Shown here: positions 1 through 12,056 of the stretch, one piece after another
Position numbering within the stretch: the first letter of the stretch is position 1
Layout: each line of letters starts with the position of its first letter
Origin: Dendrobates tinctorius
Taxonomy: Eukaryota
Direction of reading: 5' to 3'
DNA length: 64,000 nt
NCBI RefSeq assembly: GCF_039654945.1
Contig: NW_027361838.1
Coordinates: 24,056,001-24,120,000 of the forward strand
The notes under the pieces: generated by a model
What the model was told of the DNA's origin: nothing
The model's database searches: none
Seen by the model: the letters and a program-made list of their open reading frames with translations, nothing else
Position numbers and translations under genes: made by a program

Positions 1-75
1 TGTGGGCCGATTTTGCGGCCCCATAGAAATCTATTGGGGCCACAAAATCTGCCTGCAAAAACACGGTAAGTGTAA

Positions 76-461
76 GGGTACCGTTACATTTAGCGATGCA
101 CCAGCGATTCCGACCACGATACGACCCGGTCAGGATCGCTGGTGCATCGCTAAATGGTCGATAGTGAGCTGCCAAACAGGCAGATCTCACCAGCGACATA
201 GCAGCGGTCGTTACTTATCTGTCAGACGCAGCGATGAAGACGTCCGCCCGCCCGCGTCCACGCGTCGCTCGTCGGCGCCAGCAGGAAGTGGCCGACGAGA
301 AACAGTCCAGGACGTTCTCGCGCGATCAGTGATAACCAGCGGGGGAGCCGGTCGGAGGTAAGTATCACACATAGCGATATCGCTAGCAATATCGCTGCTG
401 CGTCACAATCGGTGACGCTTTAGCGATATCGCTAGCGATCTCGCTGTGTGTAACGGGGGCT
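76..461. mobile_element. Harbinger/PIF-like MITE inserted into the terminus of another MITE
   Basis: TIRs GGGTACCGTTACA / TGTAACGGGGGCT with TAA on both sides and internal AGCGAT/ATCGCT palindromes. Removing it rejoins ...gtgtaa|aagcagtc-taa, a MITE-like end. Confidence 0.7.
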
Positions 462-1194
462 TAAAAGCAGTCTAATGGCTTCACATAGATGGGGAAACTG
501 AGATGTCACAAGCCACCTTTTGTTGCTAATTAATGTTCAAATTAAAAAAAAAAAAAAAAAAAGTTTTCCATGGCTGTTCCTTCTGAAGACTGACATCTAT
601 TTGCCTAGCTCACTTCCATCACTTTAGCCATTGAACCTTTAATTTAAAATATATAGACTCCGTTTTAGGGATTTTTTGGGGGGAGTGTTTCATTAAAAAT
701 TATTTTCGTTGCTCTTCCTATTGCTGACCGAACAAGGATATTACCGTGTCCAGGTCTGTTACTGATCTCAGTGTGTGCGGATACATATATTATAATAGAA
801 CGACTTTTTGTTTTTTTTATTGATAGAACATGTACCTGTTATAGTCTGTGGCTGTTCACATGGACACATGTCCAATATTGATCTGAGATACGGCTCAAGT
901 TCAAAAACACAAGTCTTTTAGGTTTTTGAAAAAAAAAAAAATTGTACAGCATGAAACCTAAGCAGGACAAGCTCACTGATTATTTAGTAGCCGATGATGT
1001 ACAGGGAAACAACCAGCCTTTAAATGCCAAAGTGGGCAAAATGTTTAATGAAACCCAACTATAAAAACAATTTTTAACCCAACAAGTAAAATAAAATTGT
1101 CACTTTTATTATAGGATAATATTCTCCTTATTATCCCATGGAGATGAACTATTGAGCTTTCATAATGGCTGTAATGTAAGGTATGATCTTTTTA

Positions 1195-1528
1195 GAGTAG
1201 GTGCACACGGTCAGTAATTCCCAGCGCTTTGGGCACAGCACATGTCCGCTGCGTCCAAAGTGCTGCCGGCTTTTGAACACAGGTGATTCCGCATGTGTTC
1301 ACTGAACCGTGCACAATCGCTGCATCCTATACATTGTACGTCTCTGCAGGATAAATAGGCATGCTGCAGTCTGGACAGATGCGCAGCAGGTCCGTCTCCG
1401 CAGGCATCCTTGGACGCATAGTGGGCATGAGATTTCTTGAAATCCTCTCCTTTATGCTGTACGATATGGATTCTGCGGAAGTACGCAGCGTCCATCCTGC
1501 AACGTTTACTGACCACGTGCACATACCC
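1195..1528. mobile_element. Harbinger-like MITE (GGGTATGTGCACAC family)
   Basis: Imperfect TIRs GAGTAGGTGCACAC / GTGCACATACCC, flanked by TTA and TCA. Confidence 0.65.
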
Positions 1529-1555
1529 TCATAGTTCTAATGTGTGTAAGGCTAA

Positions 1556-1698
1556 TTTCTCCTTCGCCTCATTGGGAGACACATATACTGTGGGTGTATG
1601 CTTCTACCACTTGGAGGCTGACACTAAGTGAAAAAAAGAGGTTAGCTCCTCCTCCGTAGTATACACCCTCGCCCCTATCGCGGGCGGAAATCAGTTTT
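1556..1698 (+). repeat. DIRS left inverted terminal repeat
   Basis: About 1570-1698 is the reverse complement of about 7258-7392. Confidence 0.9.
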
Positions 1699-2292
1699 TT
1701 GCGTAGTGTCTTTGGAGGCACACGTGTCTGGTTTTCTCCAGACTTCTTTTTTTTTTTTTTTTTTTCTTTTTTTTTCCATGAAGATAAGACAGGGGCGACG
1801 GATCCTATTGAAAGGGTCCGATCTCCCCAAACCAAGAACGGGCGAGCACGTGTTGAGTATCATCTCCACGTATCCTTTCCCGCACCGAGGTACATATCTG
1901 GGGTTTTTTCCCCAGACATCTATTTTTGTTTGTTTTATGAAGAAGAGACAGGGGCAACAGATCCTATTGAAAGGGTCCAATTTCCCCAAACCAACAACGG
2001 GCGAGCACGTGCGAGTGTCCCTCCACGTATCCTCTCCTGCGATGTGGGACACGATGCCGGACTTAGCCCTGTCCACCCCTAGGTATTGAAACCATGGGCT
2101 TGCACAGAGGCAGAAGACTAGTCTGTGCGGCCCCCACTGCTCCACCAATGCTAGACGGCGGTGCTGCAAGGCGGCGGACGGTCCCTCTCCTCACCCCCTG
2201 AAGGGGTTAGATGGAGCTAGGGTGCCTGCACCATCCAGAAACTAACCCCATCCCCTCTACCTGGTGGCAACAGGTTAGAGCCGGAATCAGGC

Positions 2293-3968
2293 ATGAAGGG
2301 CTGGGGAGGGCCTGCGGCAGCGTTCCAGGAAGCTCCAGGCATGTTAGGAAGTGTAGCGCAATCCTCCTTTCCTCTCCTCCCACCTTCCGCCAGCCATGGG
2401 CGCCGGGTTTCGGCGGCAGGGACTGGAGCCTGCGGGCCTCCGGTCCGCTCCACCCCGCGGCGGGGCGTGCAGGCAAAATTTAGTCTGCGGCTTCGGCTGT
2501 GACTGGGCCGCGGGAGGAAGTCCCGCCTCCGGCGTGATGTCATTCCCGGCGCCGCCCCCTGGCTAGGGCGGACGCCGAACAAATTGAGCCCCCGGCTTTA
2601 TGGCAGGTAGGCCGCGGCCGGGAGAGGAACGGCCCGCCCTACCCGGAGGGGGCAGCAGAGGCAGCGACAGGAGCACGGGGTCACAGGACGCACAGGGCGA
2701 AGCCTGCTAGACGATCGCGCCCAGGAGCCCTCCCCTGCGAGGCGACCAATGTGCAAGCCCCCCAGAGTGGGCCCTATCACTGTCACAGTTCGAGGGCACG
2801 AGTTCCGTCAGGGCCCAGATAGGGGCAGGGACAGTGGCTGGTCGGCCTTAGAGGGAACCTCAACCTCACTAGAGCCTTCAGCCTGCAGGGGCCGCTCTTA
2901 CATCAGGCAGACACGGTGGAAGGAATCCTCACGGTGTCGCCCAGTCCATCCGGTGCTGTGGCATCCGTAAGTCCTGCTTCTCGCTCCCCGTCACCAGGGT
3001 TGATTGCGAGCAGACCTCAGGTCGACTCAGACAGACACCTTGACGTGGATGCTCCGGGGTCATGTGAAATAGTGGACAGGCTCATAGAAGCCGTCGGTCA
3101 GACCTTGAGGATGGTTCCACCGCGGCTTTTAGGCCATAAGGTGGCGTTTAAGCGAGTGAAACGGCTGCACGGAATTGGTTCCTCTTATCCTGAGTTTGAG
3201 GACATAGTGCAGCGACTCAGGGAATGATCAGACGGGGATTTCTCGAGTCAAAAGGCACTCGAAGTAAGGTATCCATTTGCCGGACATCCGTAAGAAATGG
3301 ATGAAATCTCCGATGGTGTTTCCACCGGTGTCGCGTCTCGCCACTGAAACACTGTTTCGTTTCTAGTGGTTCCTCTATTAAGGATTCCACGGATCGCCTC
3401 ATAAAGAGCTTCTTGCTCAGTAAGTGAGGTGTCAGGATCAGCGCTCTTTCCCTCATTCGCAGCGACTTGGGCAGCCAAGGCCATGAATTCATGGTCAGAA
3501 CCGTTAAACAGTGTCGCGCAGAAGCAGAGTTACCTGCCGAGATATCGGAGATCGCGAGGCAGATGGCGATGGACCTGGGACTATGTAATCAATGCGTCTT
3601 TGCATGCGGCTAATTGCTCGGCACTTGCTGCCGCTAACGCAATTTCTACCATAAGAGCTCTATGGATGGCGGGCCGATTCTGCTTTCAAGAAGTCCTTGA
3701 CTTCTCTGCCTTATGAGTGCGGCCATTTATTGGAGAGAGGTTGGATAAGCTTATCTCCTACTCCACAGGATCAAATCGCCTTTTTCGCACCCTTTTCAGG
3801 CACGTTTTCGATCTTTTTCGCAACCCCGCATGGACCACAGCGGCCAATTCCGCCGCTTCAGGCCGCCCCAACCAGGATAGGGAGCGGCAGATCTCGTATA
3901 GATCCAACCCATTGGGGAGAATGCGAACTCAGCAGCCCAGCTTAAGGAGATCCAGATCCCAAAGATAG
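2293..3968 (+). pseudogene. DIRS gag-like ORF1 remnant
   Basis: Frameshifted fragments EIVDRLIEAVGQTL, SIKDSTDR, GSALFPSFAATWAAKAMNSWSE and YVINASLHAANCSALAAANAISTIRALW resemble vertebrate DIRS ORF1. Boundaries are approximate. Confidence 0.65.
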
Positions 3969-4011
3969 TCGGTTAAATGACTCGAGGCGTTTGCCAGACG
4001 ACACCGGCAAG

Positions 4012-5880
4012 GTGGGCGGCCGTCTACTCTGATTCCGCCACGTCTGGTTCAGTGTTGCACGCGACACGTGGGTAAGGGAGTTGGTGGCCTCAGGTTTACA
4101 AAATAGATTTTGTCAGGTGCCCTCCAAGACGGTTTTTCCTTTTTTTGTCTTCCCAGGGTAGATACCTAGGCAAGGGCTCTATAAGGGGCCATCGAATCGC
4201 TCCTGTACAACGGAGTCATCGTTTCCATGCCAGAACACGAAAGAGCTCAGGGTTGCGATTCCAGGCTGTTTGCGGTTCACAAAAAGGGAACGCGTCTGTC
4301 AGACCTTTCTTGGACCTGAGGCTTCTGAACAGGTTCATCAGCATCTGACATTTTCGGGTGGAGTCTCTCCGGTCAGTTATATCTGCCATGGAGCGGGGAG
4401 AATACTTGGCCTCAATAGATATCCAGAACGCATATCTGCACATGGCCACCAGCCATTCTAGGCTGAGCATGAGTGCATTCATCAGGTGGCGAGCCCATTT
4501 TTTCCTGCTCATTAAAGGTTTCTGCTCTTCGACATCAATGGTCGACATTTTTCAGTTCATAACACTATCCTTCGGGCTAGCCAAGGCTCCCGGAGTGTTC
4601 ATAAAGGTTATGACAGTTGTCATGGTCATGCTACATTCTTGAGGCATAGTCATTTTTGCCTGCCTTGGACGACCTCTTAGTTAAGGGCTCTTCAGCACAG
4701 GCATGCGAGGAAAATGTCAACATCACGCTGGATACTCCTGGCCGCTTAGGGTTGGTCAGCGCAAGGTAGTCATCTCTTGTGCCAGCTCAGAGGTTTTTCC
4801 TTCTTAGGAAGGATCCTCGACACTTGCCGAGGGCTGGTAATTCTCCTCAGGAAGAGGCGCTTACTCTTCGGAGGGAGTCTGGACACTTCGCCATCCATTC
4901 CCTCATTCCAGCTGGTTTGGGATGAGGATTCTAAGAGAAATGGTGGCGGCAATAGAAGCGTTAACGTTCGCCAGTTCCTCCTTCGTTCCCCTGCAGCGCG
5001 CCCTCTTGTCAGCCTGGGACAAGAATTCCGTTCACGTTCGTTCAGCGGGGCCGGCGATCCTGTCAAGTCAGGGAGTCGCTCGAATGGTGGATAACCAGTC
5101 CTTCTCTATCCCAGGGGAAGCCCTTTTTGCCCAGACCATTGGTTGGTGATGACAACCAAAGCCAGTCTCCTCGACTGGGGATCAGGGTTTTCGCCACCAC
5201 ACGACCCAAGGGCGGTGGTCCCCGCAGGAGGCTCTCCTCCCGACCGAGCTACTGGAGATACGGGCAATTTGGCTGGCTCTGCAACAGATTCATCAATTTC
5301 TGCAGGCCTCCTTGTCCGAATTCAATCGGACAAAGCTACGGCGGTGGTCTATATAGATCATCAAGGGTGCACCTGCAGCAGAGCAACCATGCGCAGGGTG
5401 GGGCATGTTCTTCAGTGGGTCAAACAAACCACTCGGTGATCCCTGCAGCTCTCATCCCGGGCATGGAAAATTGGGCGACAGACTTCCTCAGGGGGAGCGT
5501 GATCTCTACATCCCGAAGTCTTCAGCAGATTTTTTTTGCTGCGGGGAACACCAGATGTGGATCTGTTGGCTTCCAGAGTGAATGCCAAGGTGCCCACATG
5601 TGTCGCTCGGGCCTGGGATCCGCAGGCAGTCGGTTGACGCGTTGGTTCTGTTATGGAACCAGTGTCGCCGCGCATATCTATTTCCCCCACTGTCGCTACT
5701 GCCGAGAGTCATCAAAAGGAGCAAGAGGGAAGGGCCTCCGGCGATTCGGCTGGCTCCAGACTGTTCTTATTGAGCGTGGTACGCAGTTCTAATGCTCCTG
5801 CTTGCCGACGTTCCTTGGCGATTGCCAGAACGCCCAGAGCTACTTTTTCAAGGGCCGATTTGCTACTCGAGCTCAGTGGC
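4012..5880 (+). pseudogene. DIRS reverse transcriptase / RNase H / methyltransferase-like ORF remnant
   Basis: RT motifs VGGRLL*FRHVW, RPFLDLRLLNRF, YLASIDIQNAYLH, LSFGLAKAPGVFIKVM and LDDLL. RNase H motifs TTKASLLDWG, VRIQSDKATAVVYIDHQG and IPGMENWATDFL. MT motifs TPDVDLLAS and YLFPPLSLLPRVI. Many stops and frameshifts. Confidence 0.9.
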
Positions 5881-5943
5881 CCTGTGTTTGATGGCATGGC
5901 CAGTTAATCTTAGATTCTAACCCAGGCAGGGTTTGGGAGCAAG

Positions 5944-6900
5944 GTGGTCGCTACAATAGTTAGTGCCCGGAAGTCGACCTCAGCTCGAATTTACCACCAC
6001 CTGGAGGGTGTTCTTCGCTTGGCGTCGAGGATGCTGGGTTTCTCCGCTGAGATTCTCAATCCCCAACATTTTTTTTTTTTTTTCCTCCAGTCGGGCCTAG
6101 ACTTGGGCCTGGCCCAAGTTCCCGCAGAAGACAAATATCAGCTTTATCTGTCCTGGCCCAGTGCGGAATGGCTACCAGGTTACAGGTAAAGACTTTCATC
6201 CAGGGTCTCTCCCACTTGGTACCTCCCTCTAAGGCGCCAAGGCACCTATGGATGCCTGGGACCTTGACCTGGTCCTAAGGGTTCTGCAGGAAGCTCCTTT
6301 TTTGGACCGCTTCAGAAGGTTTCTTTGAAGTTCCCTTCCTGGAAAGTGGCGTTCCTAGTGGCCATCACTTTTGTCAGGTGGGCTTTTCAGAGCTGACTGC
6401 ACTATCCGGCCGACCTCCATTACTCGCTTCCATAAGGATAAGGGGTGCTCAGACCAACCCCTCCCTTTCTGCCGAAGGTCGTGTCCTCTTTTTATATTAA
6501 TGAAGATATTATTTTGCCTTCATTTTGTCCAGCACCGGTGCACCGTGTGGAAGAGGCTCGTCACACGGTAGACCTGGCAAGAGCCCTCCGGGGGTACAGG
6601 TCGAGGACGGCTCCCTTTCGACACACGAACACGCTGTTCGTGCCCCCCGAAAGGCGCAGGAAGGGGACTCGCTGCCTCAAATTCGACCATAGCCAGATGT
6701 TTTTTTGTTTGACTTTTTAGGAGTCCTACCGCATTAGAGGCACACAGATTCCAGCAGGGATCAGAGCGCACTCTACTTGGGCAGCGGGCGCCTCTTGGGC
6801 GCTTCGGCTTCAGGCTTCGACAGAACAGGCTTGCAAGCAGCAGCCTGGTCCAGCCTGCACACATTTGCCAGACGTTATAATAGTCATACTCAGGCTTCGG
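5944..6900 (+). pseudogene. DIRS tyrosine recombinase remnant
   Basis: SARKSTSARIYH, FLQSGLDLGL, LRPTPPFLPKVVSSF, HTVDLARAL, RAHSTWAAGASWA (degenerate HSxR) and WSSLHTFARRY (catalytic Tyr box). Confidence 0.88.
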
Positions 6901-7017
6901 CGGATGCGAGCCTGGATAGAAGTATTCTCCAAGCAGCGGTGGCGCACCTTTAAACAAGAGGTGCATGTAGCTTGGATCGGTGAGTCAATCTCCCACCCAG
7001 GGACTGCTTTAGGACGT

Positions 7018-7120
7018 CCCACAGTATCTGTGTCCCCCTATGAGGCGAAGGAGAAACATGTATTTTTGCGAGTACTCACCGTAAAATCCTTTTCTCCGAG
7101 ACGCTCAATGGGGGACACAG
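7018..7120 (+). repeat. DIRS internal complementary region (ICR)
   Basis: ...TGAGGCGAAGGAG-AAA-CATGTATTTTTGCGAGTACTCACCGTAAAATCCTTTTCTCCGAGACGCTCA is the complement of the left end joined to the complement of the right-end extension through AAA (7054-7056). Confidence 0.9.
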
Positions 7121-7257
7121 CACCCACCCTAATAGCCAGTTGGCTCTTGTTTTGTTAAAATTTAGGTACATTTACTAGTTTGAGATAAGGGTGATGTTTT
7201 TTGACATGTTGTACCTGTATTAAGGCTGATTTGTTGTCCTCCTACTGCTTTGGCACC

Positions 7258-7442
7258 AAACTGATTTCCGTCCGCAATAGGGGCGAGGGTGTATACTCCG
7301 GAGGAGGAGCTAACCTTTTTTTCCACTTGGTGTCAGCCTCCAAGTGGCAGAAGCATACACCCACAGTATCTGTGTCCCCCCCCCCCCATGAGCGTCTCGG
7401 AGAAAAGGATTTTACGGTGAGTACGCACAAAAATCCATGTTT
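7258..7442 (+). repeat. DIRS right ITR with 3' extension
   Basis: Complementary to the left ITR, plus a unique extension ending ...AAATCCATG-TTT that is complementary to the ICR. Confidence 0.9.
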
Positions 7443-9116
7443 CACATTAGCGTTTTTTTGCGCAGCGCATCGTGTGCAATAGAGACGCATGCAAAAACGC
7501 ATCATGTGTTTTTGCATGTGTTTGCGTTTTTATGCGCTTTCGTTTTCTAGGGGTTAAAACCAATGTCTACACATTTTTACGCCAAAAACGCATGCGCATG
7601 AAAACGCAAACACATGTCCATGCGCACACTTGCGTTTCCATAGACTGTAATGCGTTTTGTCACATTCCGTGCGCAAGCAGTTTTTTTTACGCCTTTCGGC
7701 GGACCCAAAAATGCAACAGGTTGCGTCTGGCGCGCCTAGGCGCACGAAAACACATGAACGCGTGCAAACGCAAGACCATGTGCACGCCATGTTAAACATA
7801 GGTACGCATGACGCATGCATGCACATGGACGCGCACGAAGCGCTGCGCAAAAAAAGCTAATGTGAAACCAGCCTAAGTATATAGAAACTGCATTCACTGA
7901 AAAACCCAATCAGTGGCCAGAAAAGGAAAATTAAGCATCTGGTTAGTGAAGCACCAGGCTTTATTAGTATGCATTGCATAGTTTAGTTTGGAAAGGGAAA
8001 GGAAGCCTTGCCATGAAAGTATGCAGCTGCTTACTTGTAGTAGTATCATTGTATTATTTTTTACTTACTTACTATTTTATTGTTGAATGTACAATAATGT
8101 CCTGTGAATGGAAATAACAGACTAAGGCCGGCTTCACATTATTTGCAGATGGCAGAGCTGTGGAGGGCTGCGGAATTCCTCAGTGAAGCTCCACCCACTG
8201 CCGCACCTCCTCCGTTCAGCTCCGCCTACGTCTGCATGTGGCCTGCCAGGTTCGCAAATGCGTACCTAGCCTAACAGCTTTATGGATCCTTAAAGGGAAC
8301 ATGTCTGCAGGATTGTGCTACCTCATCTGAGAGCAGCATGATATTCCAGCAATGATGTGTGACCACAAAAAAATCCTAAAGACACAACCGTTATCCAGGT
8401 GTAATCTGTGGGCTCTCTGTGATTAATAATGTCATAGAAGCTTTGGAATGTATTTTTCTCTTATGAGATCAGTCTTTGCTGCTGCTACATCAAGGCATAC
8501 TGCAGGTGAATGGGGTCGCCTTACAATCTTTAGGATACCATGATGAACAACGGCTCTCAATGTGACACCATTCCCAGGTATTATGCCACAGGATAGCAGC
8601 AGCATGGAGCAATTTCTGGTCACACGACCTGTGTTTCTGCTAAACACTTTATGCAGCCCTCACCTACATGGGGCTTCACAGAGCTGCCGGCATTTTTGGG
8701 CTTGGAGGGGTCCCAGTGTTTGGCCCCCAACAGTTAGTAATTGGATAGGTGATAACTTACAAACCTGGCACAATTCCTTTGAATATTCATTTAATATTCA
8801 GCACACTGTGTGCTGCTGCCTAGGATCCATCAATGTTGTCCTGTTGACTGATCTTTTAGAATTGTGTTTTTGTTTAGTATTTTGAGTGCAGGGTACGAAT
8901 CAGATGTTAAACTGCACTCGATCTGATTTTTATAAAATATCCTTTGCACTACACAGTACACTTCAAAAGTCGTTTGTTTTGTTCCCCCCCCCCCCCCAAC
9001 TTGATCTGTTGGTCTCTGCTTCGTGTCCAGTTTTCATGGGTTTTACTCTATTGAAATCACGGCATTATTTCCCTCTTATAACTGTCAAATTCCCGTTTGC
9101 TCCCTGAGCTCTAGGC

Positions 9117-9228
9117 CAGGGTTCCCCAACTCCAGTCCTCAAGGCCCACCAACAGGTCATGTTTTCAGGATTTCCTTAGTATTGCCCAGGTGATCATTGC
9201 ATCACCTGTACAATATAAGGGAAATCCT
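9117..9228. mobile_element. hAT-like MITE end fragment
   Basis: Begins CAGGGGTTCCCCAACTCCAGTCCTCAAG, a typical hAT MITE terminus; no second TIR seen. Confidence 0.4.
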
Positions 9229-11128
9229 GCGTGGTCACAGTAGAAGTTTGCTTTGGTGGGCACAAATAGTTTTGTATTTGTATAAACAATAGTGAGCTTA
9301 AAAATAGGTGTGCAGTAGCAGAACTGTAGAAAGGGTGCACCCTTTGCAAATGTTTTGCATGAATATATTAATGTAATATAGTTTGACGAGCTCCAAAGAG
9401 AGAGCCCATTTAGATTACTGCTATTTCCCCTTATTTTGGCGCTGTAAATTACAGCTTTAGTGCATCTAAATGCTGCGATCAATTAGTACGTGGATCCAGG
9501 TGGTGTGGGTTGTCCCCAGATGATAGTGTCAGGCAGTATACTCAAGGGGGTATTTTATATTATGTCCTCAGTCAATATCATAAGAAAATACATAAACATA
9601 TTAGAAGCTTCCTTAGTAAGTGCGAGTTTATCAAGGGCTGGCATAGATATGATATAGATATATGGATGGAAACTGGCACAATTTCATATTCTGCAAATAT
9701 TCATCTGAATTAAAGCCTATGGGTTTTCTTGTATGATGGAAGTAGAGAAAAAAAATACTGCAATCGTAGCATTTCTTTTCATTGAGAAGACAACTTAGAA
9801 GCGATAATTAATGTACAGGAAGCATCTGCCTATTATGAGCGGTTAAGTAACCAGTGTGATAACGACAAAATTTCGGTGTCAAAGCCAGCACCCACGCCCT
9901 ATCCATATACAGAGATGGGGGTCAGCCTAGCTATTAAAAGGAGCAGTCGGCCAGCTCCCTGCAAGCACGTCATGCCAAGAGAGCGAAGGCGCATCTAGAC
10001 ATCGGACACATGTACAAGTCTGTGTATTACAAGAAATACTTCAATTCTATGTAATATCTGAAATGCACAAAGAGATTTCACTATTCATAATTTTTCTTTG
10101 TATTATCCTGAAAATTCAATAGCTAAATATTTTAAAACCTCAAGTACGGTATGACAACGGTGAGAACATATTAGATCTTATATGCAATGGAAAAAATTTT
10201 TTGGGTGTTGAACAACCCATTTTACATTTGAACAGGTGATTCTTTGACAGTAGGTTGCCGTTCATGTCACACTGCAAGTTTTGTAGAAATTGTGTAGTGT
10301 TTCAGTTATGCACGCTGCAGTTTCAAAGCAGGTCTCGCCGTAGGGCTCAAAAACATCAGCAAGTATGTGCACCAACTTATTATGCCTACAGGGGGTGTCG
10401 CTTCCCTTTCCTGTCATTGAATAGTTCTTAGCTGTTCAGTATAGTTTGCCCAGGCATAAAGATATTCCAAAATAAATCCAGATTCATTCATGGTCCAATT
10501 GGGCCCAATCAAAATGTTCTATTATCTTATTCGTCACTCTTCAATTTTGGATAGAAAATCTTGAGTAATTTAGTAACTTTTGATTAGATCAACCCTTACA
10601 GTAGGTGACTGTCTTTTTTTTGTTTTCAGCCAGAGGTCATGTTTTATTATCTGTTTTTCTTGAAATCCAATCATCCCTTTCCCCAGCTATGAAACTTATC
10701 ACTACAGCTTATTGCCATTAACTAAAGGGGTTGTTCTGTGTTTCAGAAAAAAATGAAGGGACAGGCAGGTCATGTTTTAAGATGACTCATTTATTTACCT
10801 ATTGAAGCCCCTGCCGCTCCTGCACTACCTTTGCCTGTTCACAGGGCTGCAGTGGTGACCTCCCATCTACCAACTCGATTTTCAAAGTTGAGAATATTGT
10901 TTATTTGAACATTGTAGTCAGATGTGATAAATCAACAAGAATACATCTATATGGCTATATTGACACTTTCTGGGTCTCTATCCCATGAGTTCATGGTGAC
11001 CAGTAGTATGTTGCACAGAAATGACATTCTCTACACTTAAGTGGTGGTGTAAATGATGTGCAAATTTCCACACCTGTACTGCAGAGTGGATATGGCCTTT
11101 CCTCTCCACCATACTACTTTCCACCAAA

Positions 11129-11579
11129 GGGCTCATCCCCATTTCCAATTTTTAAAAAACGCTCCGTTTTCTGGACTGTAAAAAAGGGAGTAGTGTCATG
11201 CGATTTCTATGCGATTTTTAATATTTCCATCTGTTTTCCATCAGTTTTCTATCCGTTTTACATCCGTATGCAATACGTTTTTTTTTCGCATCAACTATTT
11301 TTCTACAGTCATTTACAGGACCATTTACAGTGTTTTATGCCACAGAATGGTAATGTATCCGTTTAAAACGGATGGTCCGTTTTTTAATCGCACCCATTGA
11401 TTTGTATTGGTGATTTTCAAGCATGCTGCAATTTTTTTTTTTTTTTTTCTCATTCCAATTTCGGATGGGAAAAAAAATCACAAGTGAGATGTCACCCATT
11501 GACTAACATTGGTCAGAGTGCAATCCGATCTTTAATCGGATTGCACTCATCCGATTTTCTCTCCAGTGAGTATGAGCCC
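11129..11579. mobile_element. Old Harbinger-like MITE
   Basis: TIRs GGGCTCAT / ATGAGCCC, AAA on both sides, and a subterminal CATTGACTAACATTGG motif shared with other MITEs in the window. Confidence 0.5.
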
Positions 11580-12056
11580 AAAGACTCTTGGTATAGAGAC
11601 CATGGAGGGGTCAAACTATTGCCATATGTATGTGTTCTTGTTGATTTTTGATCTTTGCGCTTTATAAATATATATAGATAGATATAAAGCACAGTTTTTT
11701 TTCCAATGAAGCTAACACTAAATGATTCAGAAATGCATTCGATCCAGAGTTATAACCTCAAAGTGGCAGTGGTCAGAATTGTAAAAATTGGTCTGGTCAT
11801 TAAGCTGCAAATTGGCTCTGTCACTAAGGGGTTACTCTACATGCAGATCTGCATTGATATCCATTTCAGAAAATTAATTTTAAGCCTCAGGTATGTCTTG
11901 GATTCTTTGAAAATTACAGATTAGGGCCCCGTCACACATAGCGATCTGCTGAGTCACAAGTTTTGTGACAAAACAGCGATCTCACCAGCGAGATTGCTGT
12001 GACAGCGATCAGCGACCGGCCCCCCTGCCTGACCTTCCTTTGTGCTAGATGGGAAT

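Larger units (their letters stand above)
1556..7442 (+). mobile_element. DIRS1-type tyrosine-recombinase retrotransposon, structurally full length, ORFs decayed
   Basis: Non-identical inverted terminal repeats, an internal complementary region, TTT at both ends, and gag, RT/RNase H/MT and YR remnants in canonical order. Confidence 0.95.
1550..7873. mobile_element. Harbinger-like MITE whose left TIR is split by the DIRS element (pieces 1550-1555 and 7440-7873)
   Basis: taa-GGCTAA|TTTCACATTAGC rejoins into a TIR complementary to GCTAATGTGAAACCAGCC-taa ending at 7873; TAA TSD. Confidence 0.8.

Noticed and set aside
2050-2095. Twister- or HDV-like ribozyme in the DIRS leader
   Set aside because: Only ATGCCGG..AGCCC and TCCACGT resemble the motifs; the required pseudoknot pairings are absent.
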